This document shows positions 9,401 through 22,200 of a stretch of DNA of 36,359 nucleotides, piece by piece. The DNA is from Phoronis australis (Eukaryota; Animalia; Phoronida), in assembly GCA_002633005.1 (NCBI GenBank), contig NMRA01000356.1:435233-471591 (forward strand), read 5' to 3'. Positions within the stretch are counted from its first letter, which is position 1. Each line of letters opens with the position of its first letter. The notes below the pieces were generated by a model. The model made no database searches, had not been told where the DNA came from, and saw nothing but the letters and a program-made list of their open reading frames with translations. A program made the translations under genes and the position numbers.

Positions 9401-12400
9401 TGAGACCATCTCCTCTCTGAATGCGTGACTCTACGCGGAGACAGCTCATCCACCTCCTTTCTGTGTTCATTAAGCCTGACTGAAAACTTGCCCAGTCTCC
9501 CCGATGTATACTGACTCACAGTTGAGGCAAGGAATGTGATAAACACACTGACATTTCTTATCCTCACTTATTCTGAATATTAAGTAATTAACTGGAAAGA
9601 CGCTCGTCCTGTCGAGTCAGAGAATAACTTGAGATCTAGACAGATTAGGGAGTCTATTTGGGTGAAAAAAGGCGGCTCAGTTATGAACAGAGACGATGGG
9701 GGGTATAAATTGTCTAAAATTTGGAACAGTGTCATCACCTCGCCACCTAGTGTCCAATAGCTTCCGAAGATGGCTGCTGTGAGTAGCCAAAACTGTCAAG
9801 GTACAGCGTTTTTGCTTGGTTGGGTCAATAAGAATTAATCTATGTGTTCTCTACCAACCTTATGAAATTATTTAGTGACATACCTCATCTTATTTCTGAC
9901 ATTTCAAACTCAGACCCTGAATCGTAATTTGAGTTACCTGGTAACTAAACATCGATGCTGGACAGTTTAGAGGCCATTACATCAATCTTAATTCAACAGA
10001 TACATGATTAACAGAAACTTCTTCAAAAAACATTAAATTGAAAAACTTGACTTTTGTTTGAGACTCAGTAAAACTTGTCTTGTCTGGTAATGTTATTAAA
10101 AGTTACTGTAATTATGGCCAACAAAGTTAAGGATTAGCTACAGTAGGCCAGGTTATGAATGGGTAAGTGCCCAACTCACTGTTTGGCATGCTTGACAGTT
10201 ATTGGGAAAGTCACTGAAAGGCCTGGCAGTGAATTTTTTTTAACTTTTTCACTGCCAGGCATGGCTTAAAGTGCTTAAAACCACCATTTACCTTGTTTTT
10301 ACGAGTGACTACATTGTCAGCATCCCTAAACCTTCCTTTATTGCACTTCACATTACTATCGTGAATTCAATATCCGAAAACAAGAAAATAGAAAAATTGG
10401 TTTCATTTCTAAGCTTCTTAGCTCTACTAACGTGAGTGTGACGTACGAATGAACCCAGCTCCAGTGTGTCATGTCCATCAACAAGCCAGTTTCTTGTAAA
10501 AACTTGTGCCTTATCTGCGCTTCTCTAATATCCCTCGGGATAGAGAAAAGAGCCACTGCATAGTTAAATGCTAAGTTGTCATAACCACCACAAGTGCAAG
10601 GCCTCGCCCTTTCTTATTATAACATAAACCAGGGGAAAATGAGCAGCAATATCTGACAACTTTTCACACATGGAGGATGACTAGTGCTCTGATTGGTTGT
10701 CCTGATTTTATGTAGTATGTTTCGACCAATAAATGCTCATAACTCGAGATCAGCTAATTAACATATTGTCAGATAGTGTTTCCGTGTGTTCTAATTTGAC
10801 AGCTTATTGACTGCTGGGATTGTTTTTGATGTTTTTGTTATGAAATTGGTGATTTTAAGCACTTTTAATTATTGCACTTTTGATGTTCATCAAAAAGTTT
10901 GCTTACATAATGTTTGTGTAGTTTTACATCGTTCTATTGGTGCTACAGATGCGTGTGACCTGGTGTAAACAACAGCATATCCTCTTCAAAATCACTCTAG
11001 CTGGTCACCAGGGTGTCATCCTCTTCACAATCACTCTAGCTGGTCACCAGGGTTTCTTTCAACTGCACAATCAGCTACCAGACTTGAAGTTCAGAAATAG
11101 ATACTGCTAACGGTTTTTCTTAGAGGATTACAAGTTGTAATGCTAGGCTGTGTAGGATTAGGTTATAACCAGGTTGTATCTGTTGTATTATAATAAACAT
11201 CTGTCCTAGTGCTCTTTATTGTAATGAGTGTGTAAAAGTATCTTCTTATTAATGTTGTTGGACATCTGTAGATATATATCTTGTGATTGGCTCATACTCT
11301 TATCATGTGACTGCTCATGAAAGTAATGGTAAAAATTGTGTTTATTTTCTTCATAGGTGTATAGCCAGTTGAACAACGAGCATTTGGTTATTGGCTTTCC
11401 GTGCACAAGGTGATTTATTAAAAGTATTTATTAGAACTTAAAACATTTATTAGCATCACCACATGTGTCTGTGTGTTCAACTTTGGTCATCATTCCTAAC
11501 TGAAGCGGACCAGTAAGAAGGTGAAAATTATTTAAGGAAATAAATCTGATTGGTGAAATGTCCCCTAGTGATTTGATTTTTGATGTTATCCCCCTCGGCT
11601 TTTGTCAGTTGGACCTCCCAGTAGCAATATAAGTTTTGCTCCTAAGTAGTGTTAGAACTGGTCTTGAGAATCCAAGATTAGAACTCTCTGAAAAGTTGCA
11701 CATTTCAGATATTACCAAAACTTTATAATTTACATGGCTACTGACTCATGGTATAAACCGTGATGGATGTTGTTACTGTTTTTGCACAGCTGTGGAGATG
11801 TTTTTAATTTCCTTTTTGCCTTTTCGCAAAAATGCAGAAAATAGCAGTTTTTGCTGTGTCCCAGGAAGGTACAAATACTCACCTATGTGAGCTCATAGAA
11901 ATAAGTGGATTGATGTACGTTTATCAGTTTGTTTTGGTACATTACTTTTCTCCATGTCGCTATTCTAGAGAACCATTATCTAAGAGGCCTTACTTGAGGA
12001 CAATAGGACTGCGTTCAACTGTGTGCTGGGCAATGGCATCTCTCGCTGACACCAAGGTGAGCCACGTTTTCTCACCACTCTTTTGTTTGGTATAAATTAA
12101 AAACTACATTTCACCCTGTTTAGCTTGCTATAAAACAAAAATCGAATTGAACCTTTTACTCTCATGAAGTTGATCTCGCGACATTCCGTACCATTACGGG
12201 ATTCCATTTCTTTTACCAACTCAAGTCACAGACAATGCGTACATGTACCATTTTTGAATGCGCAATTTTAAGGTTGTCAACCCCAGTACACTCTAAGGGT
12301 TTTCTTGAGTCGCTGATGGTTTCCATGTTCTTGTTGGTAACCTGAAGAGAATCCTACCACAGTAACGGATTTTGCGAGACCGATTTGATGAGACCAAAGG

Positions 12401-15400
12401 CCTAAATCAATTTTAGTGCATGCTCCTAACTATGCTAATGTCTAGCAGGAACTAAACAACAATGCTTTTTGAACATCATCTACGGTAAACAAAGTGCAAC
12501 TGTATTCATTGACAACTTGTAAATGTGAAAACAAAAAATTCTGTAAAGATGCGACCTTTGCATTAATGACGTACCTTGGGGGCTCACATAGCCCGCATCA
12601 TGCAGTGTTATTCCTCAACACCACGTCACAATACATAATGGACACAGTTGAGTGATTTATGGCAGATCTTTTTCGCCACAAAACTCATTCTTAAAAACAT
12701 TTGACAATTTTCAACCTACTTCATATTCACATTGTGGCTATATGTTGTGTTTCTAACTAATTAGGCCAAATAGTCACAGAGATAAGTAATTAGCGTGCAA
12801 GTTACTCTTTAACCAGCTAAACAAAGTGAAATGTTACTTTCATTCTACAGTCGTACATTGTTGCAACAAATCTTGTTTATAACATTTGCTCAATAAGCAT
12901 TCCATTCCTCCAGACCCAAGCCAACTGTACTGTTTACAAATTTTACTTTTTCACATTTCTGTACAAAAATAAACATTGAAAAATGTGTATTATTGTTACC
13001 ATGGTTTGTGCTGTTCGCTTGTCGGCAAACAACATTTGCATTTGCTTTGACATAGCGAACCTTTTAATAATGGAAAAAATAATTTTAGCTATTTTTGTTC
13101 ATAAGTAAAAGAACTGTTACCATACGTATTGTTGTTTTTTAGTTTGTTGTATTAGTTGAAATAAAGGAAAATTGTCCATTTTGAGTTTCTGAAAGTGATA
13201 TTGGAGTAAATGAAGATGCCCATCGGTGCTTTGTTATTTAAATAATTTAAATTCATTAACAATGTAACAAGTATTTATTTCACTAAGCTTTTTCCATGCA
13301 CAGAAGTACTGTAATTTCAAAAAAAAATGTAAGAAATAGATTGTACATTGTCCCAAGTTTTGAGACTTTATGCAGTAAGAATGCGTGAACATAGACTGTT
13401 AGTTCCTTGAATCTTAAGTTGAACTATTATTTTTATTTGAAATTTTAGCATTGCATTTTGCCTTCAAAATGTTTATAGTGGGTCACAGTGATTTCAATGA
13501 TTCATTCTCATAAACAATTTCAGAGTTCATGTTTAAACAGATTACAGTAAACTTAAGATAAGAAGATAACTAATGATGTGCAGATTGCATTCTGTAGTTT
13601 GTTGTTCACTCCTGTGTTCTGCTTCAGGAGACGGACATTGTCCTTGATCCTATGTGTGGTGCAGGGACACTCCTGATTGAAGCTGTTCATTCATTCCATG
13701 TAAGTGCTTTTGGCAATTGTTACTTGGCGGAATTCTTCCGCCAAGTATGTTGCTCTGACAGCAAGTTTTTTTTTTTTTTGTTTGTTCGCTCTCTACAGGT
13801 CGCAATTCTGGTCCGATTTTCACGAAATTTGCACACAACATGTAGATCGGGAATCACTGGAGCGCTATTGGTTTTGGTCATGATCGGATACAAAATGGCG
13901 GACGTGGCGGCCATTTTGTATCCGATTTCACAGTCAAATACTCGTAGAGGCCGCATTTTTCGACCTACATGGCTCAAAATCGGTACGAATATACTAGAAC
14001 GCATGTGCTACAATTGTGCAGAAAATCGTTGACTTCCGGTTAAAGATGGCGGAAATATTGGACGTGGCGCATGCGCACCCCGAAATATGGCTAAAAACGT
14101 TTTCTCCTGTAGAGGGCGCAATTGCAAACCAATCACTTTCAAACTGGTCACGTGTTTGTTGAGTTTAATAAGCTTTTATAAAAAATTATTGAACCGGAAG
14201 TCACCTTCAAGATGGCGGCTGTGGGGCATGTTCACACGGTTTCAATCGCTCTGCTGTCGCATTTTTTATGGGAAGAGCAAATGACGTGAATTTTTGCATG
14301 TGGATTCCTTGAAGTATGGCCTTTCAAAAAGTCTGCGAGAGCGTATTTCTCAGACTTACCGTTTTCGAGTTATTTGACTTTGAATTTCAAAAAAAAACGG
14401 CAAATTTTCAATTTTCTCGAAAAATTTTTGGATTTTTGCCAAACTATCACATTAGATAGAGATTTGAACGGGCTTTCAGAGGATACTTTCCATTTTGCGC
14501 TACGACGTCTACTTTTTGAATTATTCGAGATTTTCGGATACCGTTGTCCCTATGCAACGCGCAGGTGGCTGGCTTTCAGTTCACTTTGTTTTGGTTATGC
14601 CTAGTTGACCCAGACTGACCCAGCCAGCACTGTCCTACTTTAAAGCATGGCTCGTCCGTCATGTTGCGCCATCTATTGTTCTTTATTGTAGTTGATTGTA
14701 TGCTCTCTATTTGATTTTTTGCTAGTCACATGAATGTTATCGTGTTTGACAAACTACCACTTTAGATAGAGTTTTGAACGGGCTTTCAGATGATAATTTT
14801 CATTTTGCGCTACGACGTCTACTTTTTGAATTATTCGAGATTTTCGAATACCGTTGTTCCTTCGGTCACACGCAGCTGGCTGGCTTTCAGTTCACTTTGT
14901 TTTGATTATGCCTAGTTGACCCAGACTGACCCAGCCAGCACTGTTCTACTGTAGACTGGACAGTCATGTGGCGCCATCTATTGTTCTTTATTGTAGTTCA
15001 TTGTATGCTCTCTATTTGATTTCGTCGCTAGTCACATGAATGTTATCGTGTTTGCCAAACTACCATTTTAGATAGAGTTTTGATCGGGCTTTCAGAAGAT
15101 ATTTTCCATTTTGCGCTACGACGTCTACTTTTTAAATTATTCGAGATTTTCGGATACCGTTGTTCCAATTCGGTCACGCAGCTGGCTGGCTTTGTTTTGG
15201 TTATGCCTAGTTGACCCTGACTGACCCAGCCAGCAGTGTCCTACTGTGGCATAGCTCGTACAGTTCCAGGGCAAATACTTATTGTAAACATAACTTTGCT
15301 TTGCAGACTGTCACATAGCGCCACCTATTTTAGAATGTGGGAACAGACATGACTCGTCCGTCATGCTGGGCCATCTATTGTTCTTTATTGTAGTTGATTG

Positions 15401-17815
15401 TCTGCTCTCTATTTGATTTCTTCGCTAGGCACATGAATGTTATCGTGTTATTCATAATTAACGCCTTGATCGTCTTGATTGTCGTCGTCTCCCTCATCGT
15501 CGTCTTTTCGATTAGTTCCGCCAAGTGTCGCTCCTCCGAGCGCTCTCGTTTATAACATTGGTCAGTACTAGTCTCCTATTTACAGGCATGACTATCATAT
15601 GTTACAATATGGCCGTGAGATACACGCATTGTTAAATGTTCGGATATGAAGGAACTTCTTTTCAATATCGAACATGCATTTGTTACAAAATTCCTCATCA
15701 AAATGCAGTTTTCTATGCATAAGTGTTAAAATACTACATTCAAATGGTCCAAAATATCCAAAATGGCATTCACAATTTTTCCCATATTGAACAGTCCTCG
15801 ATAAACCATGTGAAAATTTCAAATCACAAAAGGATTCAAGGTAGTTGTAATATGAAGTATAAATACACTTTCCTGCAGTCATTTTTGTTCTGTTGCCATA
15901 AAATTCATTAATAAAAATCAGGTGCACAGAATAGTTTCAACCAGCTGACTATTGAGCGATTTGTGATATCAACACATAAGTGCAGGGAGGAATCATTGTA
16001 AACCCTCTGTCTAAAGAATCCTTGGTAGCTTATAGGATAAATGTTTTCACTCTTGCATATCACGAGTCACTACCTTAAACACAAATATAGGCGTTGTATA
16101 ACAAATCAAAGAAATTATCATTTCTGCATGTGTATTTAGGGACGAGCATGTCTTGTTTCCATTTTGTGTCACATGAAATAATTTAAACTTTCAGATTTGG
16201 GAAGTTATGGTAAAAATTCTTCAGTTTTGGGCAAAATATGATGGGCAAATGAATTTTCATTTTGTCAGCTTTTTCAACAAATGTAACTTTTCACCAAAAT
16301 GCATTTTGTTTTTAATATGGTTTGTATGGACAACAAACAACTTTTGGTATTTAACGGGTCTTCTAACAATATAGCAAGCCTCAGAAAAATAGAAAGATGC
16401 TTATTTTAGCAATTAGGTTGTCAATGATTTAAGAATTTTTAGCTTAACAAATCTATTTTTTGTGTTCAGTGAGGATATTTTGGCTTGTTTAATTGTCTCA
16501 AACTTATTAGTCTGCAATATTTTGACCTTTAAATGAGCATGCAATGTGCTTTCGAAAATTCTCAGAAACTGATGCATTGTTCCTCGTCTTTGTTGGCCGT
16601 TTCAAGGTACAGTGCACCATAGGTTGTGATGTGAGTACATCCCAGTTGAGTCTGGCTTCTGAAAGTGTCAACTGGGCCAATATAGGAAGGTCGTGTAGTC
16701 TTTTGAGGGCCGATGTCAGAGGTGAGCTCAAACTGTTTACAACCCACATCTTAATCTTGTCATTCTGTTGTAGAGGCATTCAATAGTTTTTATTTTGTTA
16801 TAAAAGTGAATTTTTTTTTTCTGGTTTGTTCAGGATTAGCAGTGCTGACGGAAGGCAATCTCAATTACCCAAACTCAGCATAATTATGGTATGCGTTATA
16901 TATTACTTTAAAAGTTTTCATCGAGTCCTCGCACCATATTTAATCAGAAAACAAACTTAGTCTAATGCCCAGTTTAGTTACTGCAGTTGTTATTTATAGA
17001 TTATTCATCATGTAAACTACCAAATTCCTTACTGCCTTTCAGCTTTGCCCCTATCAGCATATTGCGTGGATGTAATCTTGTGCGACACCCCCTTTGGAAG
17101 CAAGCATGGATTGAACTGTGAACAAGTAGGTGACATGTACCCTAGCATATTGAATGAAATGAGCCGTGTTCTGAAGTCTGGTGGACGATTGGTGCTGCTC
17201 ACCAGTGCTGGCATGGTAACACAGCTAGTGAAGGCAGTGTTGGACATGTCTACCATAGGTTTAGACACTGTGCACAAGACATGCTCAACAAATGGACATA
17301 CTATATGTGAGAAGTGTCCTGTAGATGAAGATGCTATGTTTGGAAAGTTTCACGTGGATGGCGATCCAGTGGGTGAAGACTTGTTTGCAAGCAGCAAGAC
17401 TGCAGATGAAAGGACTACCGGTTGTGTTATATGTGATCATTCTCCTATTGGTACTTGTGTAAGGTTAGTCAGTGGTTCAGAGGATGAACTTTGTGAAAGT
17501 AAAACTGTGTGTGGTGTTAATGGAAATAAAGACACTAGAAGGCTTAATGAAGAAGACAGTGTATTGCACAAAATAGACTCACTGGAGACGAAGACACTGG
17601 TAAATGTCGCACACCCCGATGGTGTTCAGATGGAGTCCATACAAACAGCATGTCACACATTCAAGGAACTAATGCTCAGAATTAAGGAGGATCAGGTGTT
17701 TGATTACAAACACGACTCCCAAAGTCTGTTCAAAGGGCCACTGGTGTTTAAACGTAGTCACTTTCTCAAACTAGGAGAAACAATGGCTTATGCACTATTG
17801 TTCCATAAGAGGTAG
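6266..17815 (+). CDS. THUMPD2: THUMP domain-containing protein 2 (TRMT112-dependent U6 snRNA m2G methyltransferase); 5'-incomplete, spliced
   Basis: Exons 6266-6401, 6757(or 6707)-7397, 11357-11409, 11969-12056, 13628-13699, 16607(or 16613)-16721 and 17043-17815 join in phase at GT-AG sites. Motifs GKVFF..LKSIERLF, TFRVS..GWK, GLRSTVCWAMASLAD, VLDPMCGAGTLLIEA, DTPFG and LGET.AY match THUMPD2 rather than THUMPD3. Confidence 0.9.
6757..7397 (+). CDS. THUMPD2: THUMPD2 exon (linker + THUMP domain); acceptor uncertain (6757 vs 6707)
   Basis: IWSSALSLWKE...VTFRVSSKISG...GWK..PQVE|gtaggg; ends phase 0. Confidence 0.8.
7560..7902 (+). repeat. 28-bp minisatellite, ~12 copies
   Basis: Unit GAGCATACTAGGGTGCAATCAATACATA; starts at 7569, 7597, 7625 and onward, degenerating toward 7900. 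Confidence 0.9.
9088..9877. mobile_element. Penelope-like retroelement 3' fragment in inverted-repeat form, with 14-bp target site duplication
   Basis: The minus-strand ORF 9172-9567 has GIY-YIG C-terminal motifs (RLNEH, SAVTDH..NHVINW, RRIRESIW, NRDDG). Inverted arms span 9088-9348 and 9584-9844. ACATACCTCATCTT is directly repeated at 9074-9087 and 9878-9891. Confidence 0.9.
9130..9173 (-). ncRNA. Minimal type I hammerhead-ribozyme-like motif in the Penelope terminal repeat
   Basis: Minus strand reads CUU-CCGAAGA-U-GGCUGC-UGUGA-GUAGCC-GAAAC-U-GUC-AAG. It has the core boxes (U4>C variant), a 6-bp stem II, a vestigial stem III and a short stem I, and it sits at the ORF stop codon. Confidence 0.6.
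10979..11053 (+). repeat. Two-copy 39-bp tandem duplication
   Basis: ATCCTCTTCA(A/C)AATCACTCTAGCTGGTCACCAGGGT at 10979 and 11018. Confidence 0.85.
11357..11409 (+). CDS. THUMPD2: THUMPD2 exon
   Basis: tcatag|VYSQLNNEHLVIGFPCT AG|gtgatt; 53 nt, phase 0 to 2. Confidence 0.85.
11969..12056 (+). CDS. THUMPD2: THUMPD2 exon
   Basis: ttctag|A EPLSKRPYLRTIGLRSTVCWAMASLADTK|gtgagc. Confidence 0.92.
13628..13699 (+). CDS. THUMPD2: THUMPD2 exon (SAM-binding motif I)
   Basis: cttcag|ETDIVLDPMCGAGTLLIEAVHSFH|gtaagt. Confidence 0.92.
13717..15551 (+). mobile_element. Non-autonomous Helentron/DINE-1-like (HINE) rolling-circle element
   Basis: Diagnostic parts: 5' hairpin TACTTGGCGGAA-ttc-TTCCGCCAAGTA (13721-13747), a T/TTTG simple repeat, central tandem repeats, a 3' subterminal inverted repeat TTCCGCCAAGT (15516-15526) and a 3' stem-loop CGCTC-ctcc-GAGCG (15529-15542). 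Flanks are T-rich with no TSD. Confidence 0.75.
14436..15449 (+). repeat. Three ~306-310-bp tandem units inside the Helentron-like element
   Basis: AAACTA..TTAGATAGAG.TTTGA.CGGGCTTTCAGA begins at 14441, 14751 and 15057; the third unit carries an extra segment. Confidence 0.9.
16607..16721 (+). CDS. THUMPD2: THUMPD2 exon
   Basis: VQCTIGCDVSTSQLSLASESV..LLRADVR G|gtgagc. An alternative in-frame acceptor lies 6 nt downstream (16613). Confidence 0.85.
17043..17815 (+). CDS. THUMPD2: THUMPD2 last coding exon
   Basis: tttcag|CT LPLSAYCVDVILCDTPFGSKH..EMSRVLKSGGRLVLLTS...LKLGETMAYALLFHKR*. Confidence 0.92.
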
Positions 17816-18824
17816 GAAAGCTTTGTATTGTCCATTGGTTAGTGTTCCCCACGTTCTCCTCTTGTTGGGTGTTTCATGACGCCACTCTCCTGTCCAATAC
17901 ATTTCCAGCTTCAATGAACTGAACAGTCTTAATGTCTCTCACTGTTCCTTGCTCAGTGACAGAGAGCTCACATACTTTGAATATTCATTGTCTGAAATAG
18001 ATTAATTGGAACATTTAGTCCTTTTCCTTGTAGCAACCATGTTGTGTTACTGCTAAAAAGCACACGTACGCGCAACTCTTCGTTTATAGCTGTATTTTGC
18101 CTTGTGTAGCAGGTTAAAAATCAAATTAGGCCTTTTATGATCATAAAATCGTTTTCAATTCTTTATGACAGGATTGTATTTCCATAATCAAGAACAACAT
18201 CAAAACCATCAGCGATGCAAAAAGTGCTTCAGAGTTCATTGGGACTAGCCAACTCTAAAGTTGCGAATTAAAAAATGGTGCTTGTATGCATTGCCTGTGA
18301 TGGGAAATATTTTTAAACCCCTAAGTGCTTTGGATAAGAATTCAACATTGTTAGCTAAACAGCAGTGAATTGTCCCTGTAATAGTTTTGTTGTGGCAAAA
18401 TAAATATGTCTTAACATTTATTCAGTAGTTGTTTAAATAATTCTTTTCCAACTTTCTTTTGTATTCAGATCTAAGTGATTTTCAGTTCATTCCTTGAAGA
18501 GAACATTAAATTGATGGCAATCACAAAACTAGTTTGATCAGGGCACATTTTCCAAAATATTTATAAAAACGATAATTGGAGTCAAAGAAATTGACAAATC
18601 CATATGCCCACACATTCTCATGTTGCTTCATTAGTGGCAATGAAATAATTTCTATTTTACATTCCCACAAAAAGCCTGAAAGGACCCAAAAAGATTGAAT
18701 AAAAAGTTAAAAACAACAAAACTTGAGTTTGCAGTTTTTGTAAAACGCTACAAATATGCTCGGCTCTAATGCAGTTGAAAATGATAGCAGTTTTGTGCAT
18801 TAAATACTGCTTACATACGTATAG

Positions 18825-18884
18825 TTTAGCCCAGCAGTTACACCATGTTAAGAACTTTAGCCCAGCAGTTACACCATGTTAAGA
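18825..18884 (+). repeat. Two-copy 31-bp tandem duplication in the shared 3' region
   Basis: TTTAGCCCAGCAGTTACACCATGTTAAGA at 18825 and 18856. Confidence 0.85.
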
Positions 18885-18979
18885 GGTTTTCAGTAACTAA
18901 TTAAACACAATTTAAATGAGTATGTGTTGTAGCTTTTTAATTTAGTAATTAATATATCATCTTGAGGAATCTTCTGACC

Positions 18980-19214
18980 TTAAAGTATTTGTGAAATGTT
19001 CTTTCTGTAAATAGCCAAAGTAAGAGGACGAGAATAATGCATGTGATTACAGTTCTCTACAAGTATTTTACCTGAACCAAGAAGACACAGGGCTGCACCA
19101 CACTTAACCATCATCAGTTCCTTATCATGAACATGACTGTCGGGTACACAGAAGTGATAGGGGGGCCACCAATCAGAACGCTGTTTCCAACATTCCCACA
19201 ATGCCTTGCTCTTC
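18980..19214 (-). CDS. TAF1A: TAF1A last coding exon
   Basis: ttacag|G KSKALWECWKQRSDWWPPYHF..KCGAALCLLG..ISQIL*. Confidence 0.9.
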
Positions 19215-22200
19215 CTGTAATTGTTGAGGGACATACAATCATATCAAAAGGTTGATGACAAAAAAAAGAATACATTGCCTAACTGTTACGTCAACATGGA
19301 TAGCAAATAACAGCAAAAATGCAGGTTTCATGAGATATCACCATTTCAGTAGGTAACTATACGCTCATTTAGGCACATGCACCTATATTCCAAATTATTT
19401 CTTTTGGCAAAAACCATTTTGCTGAGCGCAGGCAGGTATCCCTTGTACACCGTTTCTGCCGGTTTGAAACTGAAACATTTTTGGGTATCTTTTGTCTGTC
19501 CTTAGTAATGTGTTCTCACTGTCAGGTTGCTAAGTTAATCTGAATTTCAAATTGAAAACTAATCATTCTCACAAGACGTTTTGAAAAACTATATTTTGGT
19601 TTCAATCAAGAATTTGTCATACTGGCGCACGAGTCCAAATTTTTATGTATGTGCAACTTGACATAAAGGGGCGGGCTCACACAAAGATGCATGGGACCAA
19701 GTAAATGTGTGTGTGTATGGTATACTCACCAAATCTCACTGGCGTTGGGTTTTACTTAAAAGTTGTTGTTTGTTAATTGAAATAACAACAATAACAATAC
19801 CACAAGAAATGGAAATAAAACATAATAGTTATTATAACAATAACGATAACAACATGATACAAGCAATCCTTCAAGTCACCTGTTGCTTTCTTGCAAGTCA
19901 TGTAGAAATATCTGCCAAACGTCTAAATTGTTTTTATGGCACGGATAGTCCAGCAGGTTGAATATGACATCCCATGCTGCACCCATTTCTTTTTCTACAA
20001 AATCAAACATTACGCTACACAATTTAAATAACTCGTGCTTGAACATGTCATTCCAATACTTGTGAATAACCATAACTTTAATTTTTTGTTATATGTTTTT
20101 TGAGAATGACAGCATTATTGCAGTCCAAGGCAGGTCACTGTATTTTGGTGGGGAAATCATGAAGGTAGAACTTAAAATGATTCTACTTAAAAACTCACCA
20201 AATGTGTACACACCAATACAAAGACAATCGAATCCTACACAGTACAGGAAATGGCATCGGTAGATCAGAATTTGGGTTTTTTGTTATGAAGTTCAAGAAA
20301 CTTATAATGCATTTAACTTTCTAGAATTAAGCATCACAAGGTTTTAACACTTACTGTGTTTTAATAAATTATGTAGATCCATCATAAGTGCATCACTAGG
20401 AGATAACTTTTGCAAATTCTGAAAGGCAAATGTTAAAACAAATCAGATGATGGAAGTTATTTCATCCAGATGAAGTAATTTCTGGAAAGTCATCCCATAG
20501 TTGTTCAGGGTTATTGACAAATAAAAGGGCGACACAGTTTTCGCGGAATTAGACGGTTGCCATTTCCCCTTAGTTGGAGTCAGACGGCTGCAGTGTCCGA
20601 TAAAATTTTATGGATAAAATTTTAAGTGAGTTTCTACCAAGTACTTTTATTTTCAAAATTTTCTCAAAAAATTGATTGAAAGTTCATACCGTAGCTTAAA
20701 AAAATATTTTACAAAAATTTAGATACATTGTCTCAACCTGTAGACAAAATAAATGATCACGATTGACTGTTCATAGATTATTCATTGCCAATGCGATAAT
20801 GAAAACACTTCAACTAATGCATATCAGGTGCATCTATACTGAACTATAAGCAATATCTTATTGTTTATAATTCACTTGTAAATACAAAGGAGAATAAACT
20901 TACCTTAAGAACAGATATCTTTTCCTCTTGATCAGCACCAGTTGCAAGCATGTGATTGTACAAGAACACATGACTGTTTGGGCTGTCTGGATTGGTTGAA
21001 TAGTACGTCTGCAGCACATCTCCAACTTCATCCACATTTGAATAATACTCAAGTAACTGGGGAAGGGAAACAGGTATTAATAGTAACTAGATATGATATC
21101 ACTAAATGTGTTATATTAAAATAGAACCTTGGACAGAATTTATGAATCATTTATAACATACCTTAACATGTTTTGTAATAAACACGTCCCAGGCACCTTT
21201 CACTCCTTTCAGTTTACTAAAACAGGTACACGCCTTTTCCGCACTAGTTCTCATAACCTGTTCATAGTCAGCTCTAGAGCTGTAGTTGAGCTGCTGGTGA
21301 GAGTCTGTACGAAACAAAGAATAACTAGTAAGAAAACAGGTCGAGAAACATTACAGGAGATCAAGATTAGCAAGTCACATTCAATGTAGAATACAAAAAC
21401 ATTCGGAAATTCAAATACTCAACACAGTGCTAAGTAGGTCATGCTGACAACACAGATCGGGGACTCCACTTGGTCCTTAGTTTTAAATCAGACATTCAAA
21501 GTTACGTCTAAAGATGGATCAACTCCCTAACACAAACCAAAACAAACATTTTCAAAGATAGCATAACAAGTGGCATTGAGGCAACAATATCTCTGTACAG
21601 AACATGCAAGGGGTTTTGTATTGACAGTTCATTCACATAGAAAACATACACTGTTAGAGCATTATGACCTCCTTAAAATGAGTTAACAAGTGGTTCATAA
21701 CGTTCAATTATTTATTTCCACGCTTATACAGATCGCCGATAAGTTCCCTGAACGGTACACATTAGTATTCAACCAAAACCTACCAAAATCTGAGGATTGA
21801 AAGTTCAAACGTACTTAGCTATCTCTCACCAAGCTAATGACACAAATTCACATTATTCAATATTTTTCTCCAAGCTTCGAACTCCTTGATCCCTCACTAC
21901 GTAATTACTATTAGACCAGCAAAATTCTAATTACAGAATGACTTGGTCTTGTCCCCTTCATTGTCAATCATGTGGGAAGGCCACCCAGCCAACATGACAA
22001 GTCGGGAAAGTCTGGGTCATTTTGTCTGAATACATTTGGCCTGTACTGTACGGCCATGAACAAAAGTTAAAATATAGAGCTGCATGCAGACCAGAGATTT
22101 TCCACACAATAAACAGTAGTGTCTAGAACTTCATGTTTGTGGTAGAAAAATTAACTTATATCCAAATTAGACAATGATGTGTCTTCTTACAAAGTCATAT

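Noticed and set aside
13652-14604. ORFs of 65-126 aa after the DPMCG exon
   Set aside because: Read-through from the exon into the Helentron-like element; only 13628-13699 is coding.
15590-16535. Possible Kolobok-like element ending ..GACCTTTAA; similar TTAA-bounded stretches at ~8100, ~8250, ~12810 and ~30450-31040
   Set aside because: They look repetitive, but I could not pair terminal inverted repeats, so boundaries and class are unsupported.
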